Source: Candidatus Aenigmatarchaeota archaeon
GTDB lineage: Archaea; Aenigmatarchaeota; Aenigmatarchaeia; CG10238-14; SCSR01
Direction: 5' to 3'
NCBI GenBank assembly: GCA_039000425.1
Contig: JAWBPV010000004.1
Span: forward strand, 9,845 to 73,844
Length of the DNA stretch: 64,000 bases
Shown here: in pieces, positions 9,009 through 17,956 of the stretch
Layout of the letters: the number at the start of each line of letters is the position of its first letter
How positions within the stretch are numbered: position 1 is the stretch's first letter
Made by a program: the position numbers and the translations under genes
The notes under the pieces: model-generated
Database searches by the model: none
What the model saw: only the letters and a program-made list of their open reading frames with translations
What the model was told of the DNA's origin: nothing

Positions 9009-9779
9009 TTATTTCACTTCTAAATCAACGCAAACTTTCCACTTTCTAGGTGCATAAGCTGAAACTTTTCTCAAATTCAATATTTTCACTTCTTTACCAA
9101 AATTTCTTGCAATTTTAGTTATTTCTTCCAAGATTTTGGAATAATTTTCATCTTCTACTATCGAGTAAAAATGTATTTTTCCACCATTTTTAATACAATT
9201 GAAAGCTATATCCAAGAAATTCTTTCCACCAAAGGGTAAAGGCATGACTATCCTATCAAATTTAATTCTTAATTTCTCCACTTCTTCCTCAACATTTCCA
9301 TGTATTAAAACTATTTTATCAGAAAGCTTGTTTATCCTCACGTTTTCCTTGGCATATTCATGTGCTTTTTCATTTTTTTCCACGCAGTAAATTTTTTCAA
9401 CTTGAGTTTGTTTTTTAGCTATAGCTATGGCGTAAGGAGCCACGCCAGAAAACATCACTAAAATTTTTTCTCCCGGAAAAACTTGTTTTGCTATCCTCTG
9501 CCTCTCTTCGGCTTCCCTCGGTGAAAAATACACTTTTCTAGGATCAAGTTTTAACAAGTATCCATACTCTTTGTGCACAACTTCAGTGTCGTCACCAGCT
9601 ATCAATTCATACTCCCTGAGCCTCAAATCACCTTTTCTTTCAGATATTTTCTTCAACACACATTTCACATTCTTATGTTTTCTCAATATCTCCTCTACCA
9701 GCTTCTTTTCATCTTCATCTTCACGAACTTCAATTATCGCTACAGCTTTCTCCTTATTACCTATGATTTCGATCGCCAA
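9009..9779 (-). CDS. Trm5/Taw2-like SAM-dependent tRNA methyltransferase (Met-10+ family)
   Basis: 256 aa. KVYFSPREAEERQRIA, SAM-binding ILVMFSGVAPYAIAIAKK, and VMPLP in place of the NLP motif. Confidence 0.65.
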   Translation of the reverse strand: MAIEIIGNKEKAVAIIEVREDEDEKKLVEEILRKHKNVKCVLKKISERKGDLRLREYELIAGDDTEVVHKEYGYLLKLDPRKVYFSPREAEERQRIAKQVFPGEKILVMFSGVAPYAIAIAKKQTQVEKIYCVEKNEKAHEYAKENVRINKLSDKIVLIHGNVEEEVEKLRIKFDRIVMPLPFGGKNFLDIAFNCIKNGGKIHFYSIVEDENYSKILEEITKIARNFGKEVKILNLRKVSAYAPRKWKVCVDLEVK

Positions 9780-10414
9780 TCAACCACCTTTACAACTATC
9801 AAAGTTTTATCGTCGTTGTAAGCACTTATCTTTCTTTCAGCTTTTTTTATCAAATTTTCAACTATTTTTTCAACATCATCCTCTCTTTTAACTTCCTCCA
9901 GAATTTCCAATTCGTTCAAAACATCAGTTATACCATCTGTTGTTAAAATTATTAAATCACCAGATTTCAACTTCTTCTTAGATTCATGAACCTTCACTAA
10001 CCTTTCTCCAATCGCTTGTGTTAAAATGCTAGTCCCTGGTAATTTGTCGATTAAGGATAGCGTTTCTATTTTCCCATCCCTGACCAAAAAAACGATGCTA
10101 TCACCAACGTTACAAATTTCGACCGAATCTCTTTTAAAATGAACCGCTGAGATCGTTGTAAAACCTTTAGAAATTTTCTTGATCTTCTCTTCTATAAAAA
10201 CTTGATTAACTTTTTCTATAGCTTCTTTCAAATTTCCTTTGAAAAATTCTTTCAAATATTTCAAAACCTTCTCACTAGCTTCTTTTCCACCTTCAGGTAT
10301 GCTAACACCATCAGCAACAGCGAAAATTCTTAACTTCGGCTCTACGAGTAGGCTATCTTCATTACATTCATGATCTTCACCTTTAACAGATTTCCCAGCA
10401 CACAAAATCTTCAT
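9761..10414 (-). CDS. PP2C-family Ser/Thr protein phosphatase
   Basis: 217 aa. FAVADGVS and LIILTTDGITD metal-binding motifs are typical of PP2C/SpoIIE-like phosphatases. Confidence 0.7.
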   Translation of the reverse strand: MKILCAGKSVKGEDHECNEDSLLVEPKLRIFAVADGVSIPEGGKEASEKVLKYLKEFFKGNLKEAIEKVNQVFIEEKIKKISKGFTTISAVHFKRDSVEICNVGDSIVFLVRDGKIETLSLIDKLPGTSILTQAIGERLVKVHESKKKLKSGDLIILTTDGITDVLNELEILEEVKREDDVEKIVENLIKKAERKISAYNDDKTLIVVKVVDWRSKS

Positions 10415-10441
10415 AAATATTTTTCAGAAAATTATTGAATT

Positions 10442-11215
10442 ATGCTTACTTTAGTTGGTTTAGGGCTTTGCGACGAGAAAGATTTGAGTTTGAGAGGATT
10501 GGAAGAGGTGAATAAGGCAGATAAGGTTTACTTAGAAATTTACACAACATTTTGGTTTGGGGATGTTAAAAAATTGGAAGAGCTCGTGAATAAGGAAGTT
10601 AAAGTTTTGAAAAGGAAAGATTTGGAAGAAAATTCGGAAAAAATATTGGAGGAAGCTGAAGGAAAAAATGTTGTGATTCTAGTTGGGGGAGACCCGTTGG
10701 TAGCAACAACACATTCGGCTCTGATCTTAGAAGCCAAGAAAAGGAACATAAAAACCAAAATCATTCACAATTCTTCCATATTTTCTGCTGTTGCCGAAAC
10801 AGGCCTTCACATCTACAAGTTTGGCCCATGCGTCACGATACCTTTCCTGGAGAAAACTAAAGGTAAGCTTCCGGAATCAGTTTACGATGTAATAAAGATG
10901 AATAAAGCTAGAGGGCTACACACCCTTTGTCTTCTTGATATAGAGGCTGATGGAAATAAAATAATGGATGTTAGAGAAGCTCTTGAAATTTTAATCAAAA
11001 TAGAAGAATCGAGAAGAGAAAACGTGATAGACTTGAACGAGAGAATAATAGTTGCATCTAGGATAGGAAGCGAAGAATCGAGGATATTTTACGAAGAAGT
11101 TCGTGATTTATTGAAGGAGGAAGTGAAAAAACCAGCGGTTCTGATAATCCCTGGCTTACTCCATTTCACGGAAAGAGAATTCTTGAAAGTTATTTCTTCT
11201 TCTCTTCACGACTGA
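10442..11215 (+). CDS. dph5: diphthine synthase
   Basis: 257 aa. MLTLVGLGLCDEKDLSLRGLE...VYLEIYT...VGGDPLVATTH are tetrapyrrole-methylase-fold Dph5 signatures. Confidence 0.9.
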   Translation: MLTLVGLGLCDEKDLSLRGLEEVNKADKVYLEIYTTFWFGDVKKLEELVNKEVKVLKRKDLEENSEKILEEAEGKNVVILVGGDPLVATTHSALILEAKKRNIKTKIIHNSSIFSAVAETGLHIYKFGPCVTIPFLEKTKGKLPESVYDVIKMNKARGLHTLCLLDIEADGNKIMDVREALEILIKIEESRRENVIDLNERIIVASRIGSEESRIFYEEVRDLLKEEVKKPAVLIIPGLLHFTEREFLKVISSSLHD

Positions 11216-11738
11216 CGAAGATTACTATCCCAGCTATAACTAATAGCAGCACAGCTATCGTGGCTACGGATATCACAACATCTTCTGGTATTTCAACAAA
11301 ACCTTCTGGAAAGAATATACTCGTGAGACCACTTGTTACTAGGAGAGTTATACCTATTATGATACCACCAACTAACAACGCTCCTAAATACCTTGCTCCC
11401 AATTTTTCTTGGATCTTACCAGGAAGGTCTGGACCGAAAAACATACCTGCTATGAGGACAGATATCATTACAACAACACTCGCTACCATACTTTGTAAGA
11501 AGAATTTAGCGAGTTGTTGTTCTATGTTTATCCCAGCTATTATAGGTGCTGATAATACCATGAAGCTCGCTACTATAGCAACAACTGCATTAACAGCCAC
11601 ATTCTTTTCAGGTGGTCCGAATATTTGTGATTTCCTGAGTAGCCCGTAGAGAACAGCAGACATGAGTATGAATGGGAGTAAGAAAGTGAAGAAACCGAGT
11701 TGTTGTAGCTTTAGTATTAAAAATTCGAATGGGTTCAC
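11190..11738 (-). CDS. polytopic membrane protein, LPF...KSxIFG family member A
   Basis: 182 aa. NPFEFLILKLQQLGFFTFLLPFILMSAVLYGLLRKSQIFG, and GPDLPGKIQEKLG shared with the neighbouring paralog. Confidence 0.6.
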   Translation of the reverse strand: MNPFEFLILKLQQLGFFTFLLPFILMSAVLYGLLRKSQIFGPPEKNVAVNAVVAIVASFMVLSAPIIAGINIEQQLAKFFLQSMVASVVVMISVLIAGMFFGPDLPGKIQEKLGARYLGALLVGGIIIGITLLVTSGLTSIFFPEGFVEIPEDVVISVATIAVLLLVIAGIVIFVSREEKKK

Positions 11739-12370
11739 TTCCTACCACCTATTAATGCAGCTATTAGTAAAACAACTACGAATATTATCAAACCCACCAC
11801 GAGTATCATGATATCACTACTCATACCAGGAGTTGCTTTGTATCCTGCCCATAGAACCCAGATAGACCTGGAAGTTATTAAAAGGGCAAGTGCTATCGGT
11901 ATCATTATGTAGAGTAGAGTAGTCCCTTTTATGTGTTCAGCCAACACTCTAGGAAGGTCTGGGTAGAAGATACTTGCCACTACAAGGCCTACGATGAACA
12001 TTAAGCCTATAACACCAACTTGAGTGAAAAATCTGGATAAAGGTTCTATCAAACTGAATCCCGTGAACGTTGAATAAAGTGTTAAGAAAAAAGCCGCTAT
12101 GACAGCCACAACTCCATTCAACCCTACACTACCCCCCAAGATCTTCGATTTTGCTAGAAGTGCGTAAAAGACCAAAAAGAAGAATAAGAATAAAAACATA
12201 TCAAAAACACCTATCAACCTGAATTTTTCCACCATTTCTAGGAATGGATTTTGTGCTGAAGATAAGGAAGGGAGACATGTTAATAATATTAAAGCGAGCG
12301 AGATCCCGATTATTTTACCCATTTTCCTCAATTTTATTTTATTTCTGAAAAATTTAAGTTTGTTAAGCAA
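11735..12370 (-). CDS. polytopic membrane protein, LPF...KSKILG family member B (with signal peptide)
   Basis: 211 aa. Signal-like LLTCLPSLSSAQ, then NPFLEMVEKFRLIGVFDMFLFLFFFLVFYALLAKSKILG and YPDLPRVLAEHIKG. Paralog of 11190-11738, overlapping it by 4 nt. Confidence 0.6.
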   Translation of the reverse strand: MLNKLKFFRNKIKLRKMGKIIGISLALILLTCLPSLSSAQNPFLEMVEKFRLIGVFDMFLFLFFFLVFYALLAKSKILGGSVGLNGVVAVIAAFFLTLYSTFTGFSLIEPLSRFFTQVGVIGLMFIVGLVVASIFYPDLPRVLAEHIKGTTLLYIMIPIALALLITSRSIWVLWAGYKATPGMSSDIMILVVGLIIFVVVLLIAALIGGRK

Positions 12371-13007
12371 GCTTTTTCATCCTTTGTACTACATCGCTCA
12401 AAGCCCTCACACTTTCTATAAGCGCTGGTAGTGCATCTTTAAAAGCTTTTTCCATACCAGCTACCCTTATTTCTAGCTCACTCAAAAGTGATTTGAATTC
12501 ATCAAGCCTTGCCAAGATAAGTTGTTCGCTAGTGCTCCTACTCTTTATCAATTCTTCTAATTGTTGCTTTAGTTCAGAAAATCTCTTCTCGAGTTCAGAA
12601 TATTTTAAAGTGAATTCTCTCAATTTATCGTCTAACTCAGCTGTCCTCTCCCTGATTATGAGATCTATGTAATCTTCAGTTGGGTAAGGTTGTTGGTAAG
12701 GCTGTGATGTGTAATAATATTCTTCTGGAATAGAAGTTTCTGGAACTTCAGCAACTGCTTGTTTTGGTTCTAATTCTTCAAGTTTTGGTAAATTAACCGG
12801 ACCTTCGGAAGGTGGAGAAATACCGCTAACCCCGAATTTCAGAGCTTCTGTTAAAGCAGAATCTATTTCTTCAGGGGAATAACCTTCTTTCCTCAATATA
12901 TCTATTATTTCAACTTCTGAAAACCCTCTAGAAGAAAGCTCTTTAACTCTATCTATAGGAACTTTTTTAACGCTTTCAGGCTTTTGTTGTAAGAATGGTA
13001 AAGGCAT
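12363..13007 (-). CDS. coiled-coil protein, unknown function
   Basis: 214 aa. Small helical N-domain (RGFSEVEIIDILRKEGYSPEEIDSAL), Pro/Glu/Tyr-rich linker, and C-terminal heptad-rich region. Confidence 0.55.
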   Translation of the reverse strand: MPLPFLQQKPESVKKVPIDRVKELSSRGFSEVEIIDILRKEGYSPEEIDSALTEALKFGVSGISPPSEGPVNLPKLEELEPKQAVAEVPETSIPEEYYYTSQPYQQPYPTEDYIDLIIRERTAELDDKLREFTLKYSELEKRFSELKQQLEELIKSRSTSEQLILARLDEFKSLLSELEIRVAGMEKAFKDALPALIESVRALSDVVQRMKKLA

Positions 13008-13043
13008 ACTCTCTTTATAATTATTCTGTTTTTAAATACAAAT

Positions 13044-13442
13044 TTATGATTTCTTTTCCAACCTTTCTTCTAAAACCCTTTCCAATTCTTCTCTTGTCAC
13101 GAACTTGGAAGTAACCGGATTCACCAAATCTATGAAAGTTTCTATCTTCTTAATATCGCTCTTCAAAGCAGTTTTCCCCAATTCTTTGTTTATCCTAACT
13201 ATTTCATTTTCAATACTCGCTAACTTTTCTGAAAATGAAGATAATCTTTGGGTTAATTTTTCCAACCCGATTTTCAAGTTGTTGAGTTGAACTAAAACAG
13301 TTTCTTCTATACTAGTAATCCTACTCTCCAACCTGTCCAACCTCATTTCAACATTTTTCAACCTTCCACTGTATTCATTCATCCTTCTTATAACTTCTGT
13401 AGTTAAGATCGGTTCATGTTCTTTTGCAGGCACATCTATCAA
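13044..13442 (-). CDS. coiled-coil protein, unknown function
   Basis: 132 aa, almost entirely heptad-like (RLKNVEMRLDRLESRITSIEETV...). Divergent from the pilus ATPase gene. Confidence 0.5.
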   Translation of the reverse strand: MIDVPAKEHEPILTTEVIRRMNEYSGRLKNVEMRLDRLESRITSIEETVLVQLNNLKIGLEKLTQRLSSFSEKLASIENEIVRINKELGKTALKSDIKKIETFIDLVNPVTSKFVTREELERVLEERLEKKS

Positions 13443-13478
13443 TAAACATTTGTTTTACAGAATAGATAAATTAATTGT

Positions 13479-15713
13479 ATGGTTGATTACGAGGTTGTTG
13501 ATAATACTGTTAGAATAAACGCGATGAACTGGGCTATAGAACCGAGCATAGAAGATTCAGAAGCTTGTATGGCTGTGGTTATAGATGTTTTACTTGAAGT
13601 AAAAGCAGCTGAAAGAATCGTTTTAGTAGAGAGTAGGGAAAGAGAATACGATTACGAGCAAGTAAAACTTTTGAGGGAAATAGCCGATGCTTACTTCAAA
13701 ATATTAAACGAAGAAAAATTGATATCTATAAGTAAATTTGGTCCCAGAGAATGCGAGAATTTATTTGCAAGTAGGATTTCTGAGTTGGAGTTTATCGTAA
13801 CGCAGTTGTTAAGAAAAGATCCTGTTAGAGCTTATTGGAGTTTGCAGAAGATCATAAACAGAGAAAAGATAATGGAAGAAAGAGCACAAGGTACTTCGAA
13901 GAAGTGCCATTCAGAGTACTTAAAAAACGTTCTATTACCTATGGAAAAAATATTATCCAATTGCACTTTAATTCAACTAGCCAAACCAGTGCTTTCAAAG
14001 TTTAAACCTGGGGACAGGAGCTTCTACAGACAAATTTTTCGTCCACTGATAAGACCAAACTTCATGCTCACGCGTTACATGATACTACCTCCTAAAGAAG
14101 GCGTTTCTGTTCAAAAATATTTCGTAGGTAAAACTTCTGTAGAGATATTCAAGATTCCCGGGAAAATAAGGTATTTTTACCACGTTATTCCACCAGAGTT
14201 CACTTTGAGTGAAGATAAATATGCTATACTAGATCTTGCAAGAAGGTATTTAGCGGAGCACAGACCTTCTGAAAAAGAATTCACGGAACCTGAAAAAGCA
14301 AGGGAAGTATTCCTCAGCATAGGGAGGGATTTGATAAGAGACATAGCAAGGAGTAGGGGAATAGAGCTTTCTTCGCAAGAAATAGAAGAACTGGCACAAA
14401 TACTAGCAAGGTATACAGCAGGCTTCGGTGTTTTGGAGATTTTATTGGCTGATGAAAAAATTCAAGATGTTTACATCAATTCACCAATAGGCTCAACACC
14501 GATATTCGTTAATCATTCAGAATTTGAAGAATGTGAAACGAACTTATTACCAACAAAAGAAGATGCAGAATCTTGGGCTACGAGGTTCAGGCTTTATTCG
14601 GGCAGACCATTAGACGAAGCCAATCCAGTTCTAGACACAGAACTTATAATCCCAGGAGGAAGGGCAAGGGTTGCGGCTATAACAAGAACTTTATCTCCTT
14701 ATGGCCTGGGTTACGCTTTCAGGAGGCATAGGGATAAACCATGGACTTTCCCACTTTTCATAAAAACAGGATTTATAGACCCCCTTTACGCAGGCTTGAT
14801 GAGTTTCATAATAGATGGTGGAAGGAGTTTGTTAGTAGCTGGTGGAAGGGGATCTGGAAAAACTAGTTTGCTAGGATCTATAATGCTCGAAGTTATGAAG
14901 AAGTTCAGGATATGTGTTGTTGAAGACACTCTAGAGCTTCCAGCAGTCCAACTTATGGAATTGGGCTACAACATAGAAAGGTTAAAATCGAGATCGGTGA
15001 TAACTAGGGTTGAGGCAGAATTGCCAGCTGAAGAAGCTTTGAGAACTGCTCTAAGGCTTGGTGATTCTGTTCTAATAATAGGAGAAGTGAGAAGCGTTGA
15101 GGCTTTAGCTTTGTTCGAAGCGATGAGGATAGGAGCCCTAGCTAATTTAGTTGCGGGCACTATTCATGGTGAATCTGCTTATGGTGTTTTCGACAGAGTT
15201 GTTAACGATTTGAAAGTACCTCCAACAAGCTTTAAAGCTTTAGACGTGATAACGATATGTAACTTACTAAAAACTCCTGATGGGTTGAGAAGATTCAGGA
15301 GAGTTGTGGAATTGACAGAAGTGAGAAAACATTGGAAAGAAGACCCACTAGATGAGGGAGGTTTTGTTACACTTATGGAATATTCTGCTAAAGAAGATAA
15401 GTTGAAGCCAACGGATGTTCTGATAAACGGGGAAAGTTTTGTTTTGAACGAAATCGCTAAGAGGGTGAGGGAATGGAGGGGAAATTGGGATGCTGTTTGG
15501 GATAACATTTTGCTAAGAGCTAAAATAAAGCAGACAATGGTTGATTTCGCTAGGGAGTTGAATAGAGATGACATACTAGAAGCTCCTATGGTTGTTGAAA
15601 GTAATGAAATGTTCCACATGATTTCGGAAGAAGTTAGAGAAGAAGTCGGAAGTTTGGATTCAAAAATGATATATGAGAAATGGTTGAGTTGGTTTAAAGA
15701 GAGGATAAGATGA
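13479..15713 (+). CDS. type IV pilus/archaellum-type secretion ATPase (FlaI/PilB/TadA family) with extended N-terminus
   Basis: 744 aa. Walker A GGRGSGKTS (nt about 14841), ICVVEDTLEL, DSVLIIGEVRSVEA and GTIHGES blocks are typical of VirB11/FlaI-type ATPases. Confidence 0.85.
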   Translation: MVDYEVVDNTVRINAMNWAIEPSIEDSEACMAVVIDVLLEVKAAERIVLVESREREYDYEQVKLLREIADAYFKILNEEKLISISKFGPRECENLFASRISELEFIVTQLLRKDPVRAYWSLQKIINREKIMEERAQGTSKKCHSEYLKNVLLPMEKILSNCTLIQLAKPVLSKFKPGDRSFYRQIFRPLIRPNFMLTRYMILPPKEGVSVQKYFVGKTSVEIFKIPGKIRYFYHVIPPEFTLSEDKYAILDLARRYLAEHRPSEKEFTEPEKAREVFLSIGRDLIRDIARSRGIELSSQEIEELAQILARYTAGFGVLEILLADEKIQDVYINSPIGSTPIFVNHSEFEECETNLLPTKEDAESWATRFRLYSGRPLDEANPVLDTELIIPGGRARVAAITRTLSPYGLGYAFRRHRDKPWTFPLFIKTGFIDPLYAGLMSFIIDGGRSLLVAGGRGSGKTSLLGSIMLEVMKKFRICVVEDTLELPAVQLMELGYNIERLKSRSVITRVEAELPAEEALRTALRLGDSVLIIGEVRSVEALALFEAMRIGALANLVAGTIHGESAYGVFDRVVNDLKVPPTSFKALDVITICNLLKTPDGLRRFRRVVELTEVRKHWKEDPLDEGGFVTLMEYSAKEDKLKPTDVLINGESFVLNEIAKRVREWRGNWDAVWDNILLRAKIKQTMVDFARELNRDDILEAPMVVESNEMFHMISEEVREEVGSLDSKMIYEKWLSWFKERIR

Positions 15714-17644
15714 TAGAAGCCTACAAGAAATTTTTAGAAAGTGAATACGTTTACAGAAAACTTTCTTGGTACGAAAAATTTTGTAATTTTTTTGATAAAG
15801 TTAAAGTACCTATACCAAAAGACCTGGAAAAAAAGTTAATAGATGAAATAAATTTTTGTCACTTGAGAATAACACCAAATGGAGTGATATCAACTGCTAT
15901 CCTATTTCCGTTTTTCTTGGTATTTTCGATTTCTCTTCTATTACTCATATTCAAAATTTTCTCCACATCTTTTTTGTTTATAATGCTCATACTCTATTCT
16001 ATAATCTTTTATTATCTTTTTTCCTACACACGATTCCTTACAAAACACTTCAGAGCTAAAGCAGCGTCAGAGATGACTTTGGCTGTAGTTTACATGTCTA
16101 TTTCAATGAAAACAAATGCAAGCTTAGAAGCTGCTGTGGCTTTCGCTGCTTCCAACTTGTCAGGACCGCTTGGATTGGATCTAAAGAAAATTCTCTGGGA
16201 TATGGAAACAGGGCGTTTGATATCTGTAGTTCAAGGAATAGATGAGTTGATAGAAAAGTGGAAAAGCGAAAGCGAAGAGTTTGTAGATGCTTTATCACTT
16301 CTCAAAAGTTGTGTGGTACAGCCTTTTGATAGAATGGAGAATACTTTGAAGCAAGCAGTTGAATTGATGATAGAAGGTACGAAATCTAGGATGAAAAAAT
16401 ATGCAATAGAAATGCGAAGTCCTTTGAAAATACTCAACGCTTTTGGTATATTGTTACCGATGTTGGGATTGATATTTTTCCCCATGTTGATAATCTTCAT
16501 ACCAGAAATAGCTAAGCCTGAATTGTTGGTTTTCTCCTACACGATACTCTTTCCTTCAATGGTTTACATATTCCTTAAACAGCACATACACATGAAACCA
16601 TACTCATACCATCAAGTTCAACTTGAAAATTTTGAAGAATTCAAGGAGATGAAAAAATATGCGATAATCCTAGCAATTCCAATAGCTTTGTCATCCTTTT
16701 ATTTCATCTGCCGTTTGATTCCTTCCAAAGAAATTTTCTCCTTAGAACAATTTTTATATTCTTACTTCACAGTTCTCATGATTTCACTTTCAGTTATAGT
16801 TTATTCTTTTTTATCGATTTCAAGAAGCTTGAAGAAGAATGAAGAGATCTTGAAGATTGAAAGCGAATTGCCTGTAGCCCTTTTTCAATTGAGTGTAATC
16901 TCGACTAGTAGCAAACCTATAGAAAAGAACATAGAAGATTTATTACCAAGGATTAAGACTTTAGAAATAAAGAAGTTGTTCCAGGAAATTTTATCCAGGG
17001 TTAAATCTTTGGGCATGTCTTTTGAATCGGCTATCATGGACGAAAAAGTCGGAGTTTATAAATTTTATCCTTCCAGGATAATTTTTTCTTCTCTCAGGTT
17101 GTTGGTCGATATTTCAAAGAAAGGTATGATCTTTTTATCGATGGCTCTGAAAACTATGTCCGAATTTCTTAAAGATGCAGATGAGGTTGATAAAGCCACG
17201 AGTGAAATATTATCTGAAACAACTTCTGATATGCAGATTCAAGCTTGGGTTTTCGCTCCTTTGTCTGCAGGTATAGTTGTTGGTTTGATGGCCGTGGTTA
17301 TTTATATCTTTTCATTCTTCGGTGGAAATTTGGAAGAAATAGCAAAATTCTTAGGTGGTGGTACGATCGGTGATGTAACAGCATCCTCGCTCAGTTTTTT
17401 ACCAAACATAGGAAAACAAATGCCTTTCCATTATTTTCAAATCATGGTAGGAATTTATATGGTAGAAATGGTTATTTTGATTTCTTACTTCTTGGGTGAA
17501 TTGAACTATGGTGAAGATGAAGTGAATAAAACTAGAGATATGGGGAAAATAATGTTGATAGCTATCCTAGTTTATTCTTTAACAGTTTTATCCTTATATT
17601 TCGGGGTTTCTAGTTTCCTGAAGTTAGAAGGAGGATTGATATGA
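15710..17644 (+). CDS. pilus platform membrane protein (FlaJ/TadC/PilC, T2SSF-like)
   Basis: 644 aa, polytopic. ATGA overlap with the ATPase gene. Cytoplasmic helical blocks (SLEAAVAFAASNLSGPLGLDLKKILWDMETGR). Paralog of 30029-32155. Confidence 0.75.
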   Translation: MIEAYKKFLESEYVYRKLSWYEKFCNFFDKVKVPIPKDLEKKLIDEINFCHLRITPNGVISTAILFPFFLVFSISLLLLIFKIFSTSFLFIMLILYSIIFYYLFSYTRFLTKHFRAKAASEMTLAVVYMSISMKTNASLEAAVAFAASNLSGPLGLDLKKILWDMETGRLISVVQGIDELIEKWKSESEEFVDALSLLKSCVVQPFDRMENTLKQAVELMIEGTKSRMKKYAIEMRSPLKILNAFGILLPMLGLIFFPMLIIFIPEIAKPELLVFSYTILFPSMVYIFLKQHIHMKPYSYHQVQLENFEEFKEMKKYAIILAIPIALSSFYFICRLIPSKEIFSLEQFLYSYFTVLMISLSVIVYSFLSISRSLKKNEEILKIESELPVALFQLSVISTSSKPIEKNIEDLLPRIKTLEIKKLFQEILSRVKSLGMSFESAIMDEKVGVYKFYPSRIIFSSLRLLVDISKKGMIFLSMALKTMSEFLKDADEVDKATSEILSETTSDMQIQAWVFAPLSAGIVVGLMAVVIYIFSFFGGNLEEIAKFLGGGTIGDVTASSLSFLPNIGKQMPFHYFQIMVGIYMVEMVILISYFLGELNYGEDEVNKTRDMGKIMLIAILVYSLTVLSLYFGVSSFLKLEGGLI

Positions 17645-17769
17645 AGAAGAAAGGATCGAGGACTCTTTTATCCCTGGTTTTCATCTTGTTGGTATTGCTT
17701 GCCATAGCTTTATTTTATTTAGTTGGGAAAAAAATATTAGAAAGACTATTTTTGGGAGGTCCTGGATGA
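17641..17769 (+). CDS. 42-aa single-helix protein (not in ORF track)
   Basis: ATGA overlap with the platform gene stop. MKKKGSRTLLSLVFILLVLLAIALFYLVGKKILERLFLGGPG. Ends in an ATGA overlap with the next ORF. Confidence 0.45.
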   Translation: MKKKGSRTLLSLVFILLVLLAIALFYLVGKKILERLFLGGPG

Positions 17770-17930
17770 AAGGTTTGGAGATGACGATAATAAACTTGGT
17801 TATATTGGTTATAGCTATAGCTATAATCACAATCATCATAATGAAATTAATTCCTGCTTTTGGTGATTTTGTTTCAAAATCGTTGAAAGGTATAAAAGAT
17901 AATATTTGCAAGAGCATCGGTATGTGTTAA
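17766..17930 (+). CDS. 54-aa pilin-like protein, candidate major pilin (not in ORF track)
   Basis: MKGLEMTIINLVILVIAIAIITIIIMKLIPAFGDFVSKSLKGIKDNICKSIGMC. MKG followed by a hydrophobic helix is an archaeal class III signal pattern. The track shows only an antisense ORF here. Confidence 0.6.
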   Translation: MKGLEMTIINLVILVIAIAIITIIIMKLIPAFGDFVSKSLKGIKDNICKSIGMC

Positions 17931-17956
17931 TTTAAATTGAAATCAAAAGTATTATT

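Noticed and set aside
11260-11649. 129-aa plus ORF; similar cases at 15179-15619, 1758-2141, 4837-5169, 47344-47784, 47983-48348, 56824-57231 and 61245-61685
   Set aside because: These are antisense shadow ORFs inside well-supported genes, expected in AT-rich DNA with few stop codons in some frames. No motifs were recognised.
17681-17917. 78-aa minus-strand ORF listed in the track
   Set aside because: It is antisense to two plus-strand small ORFs that are chained to the operon by ATGA overlaps and have pilin-like N-termini. Its own sequence is the low-complexity mirror of a hydrophobic helix.
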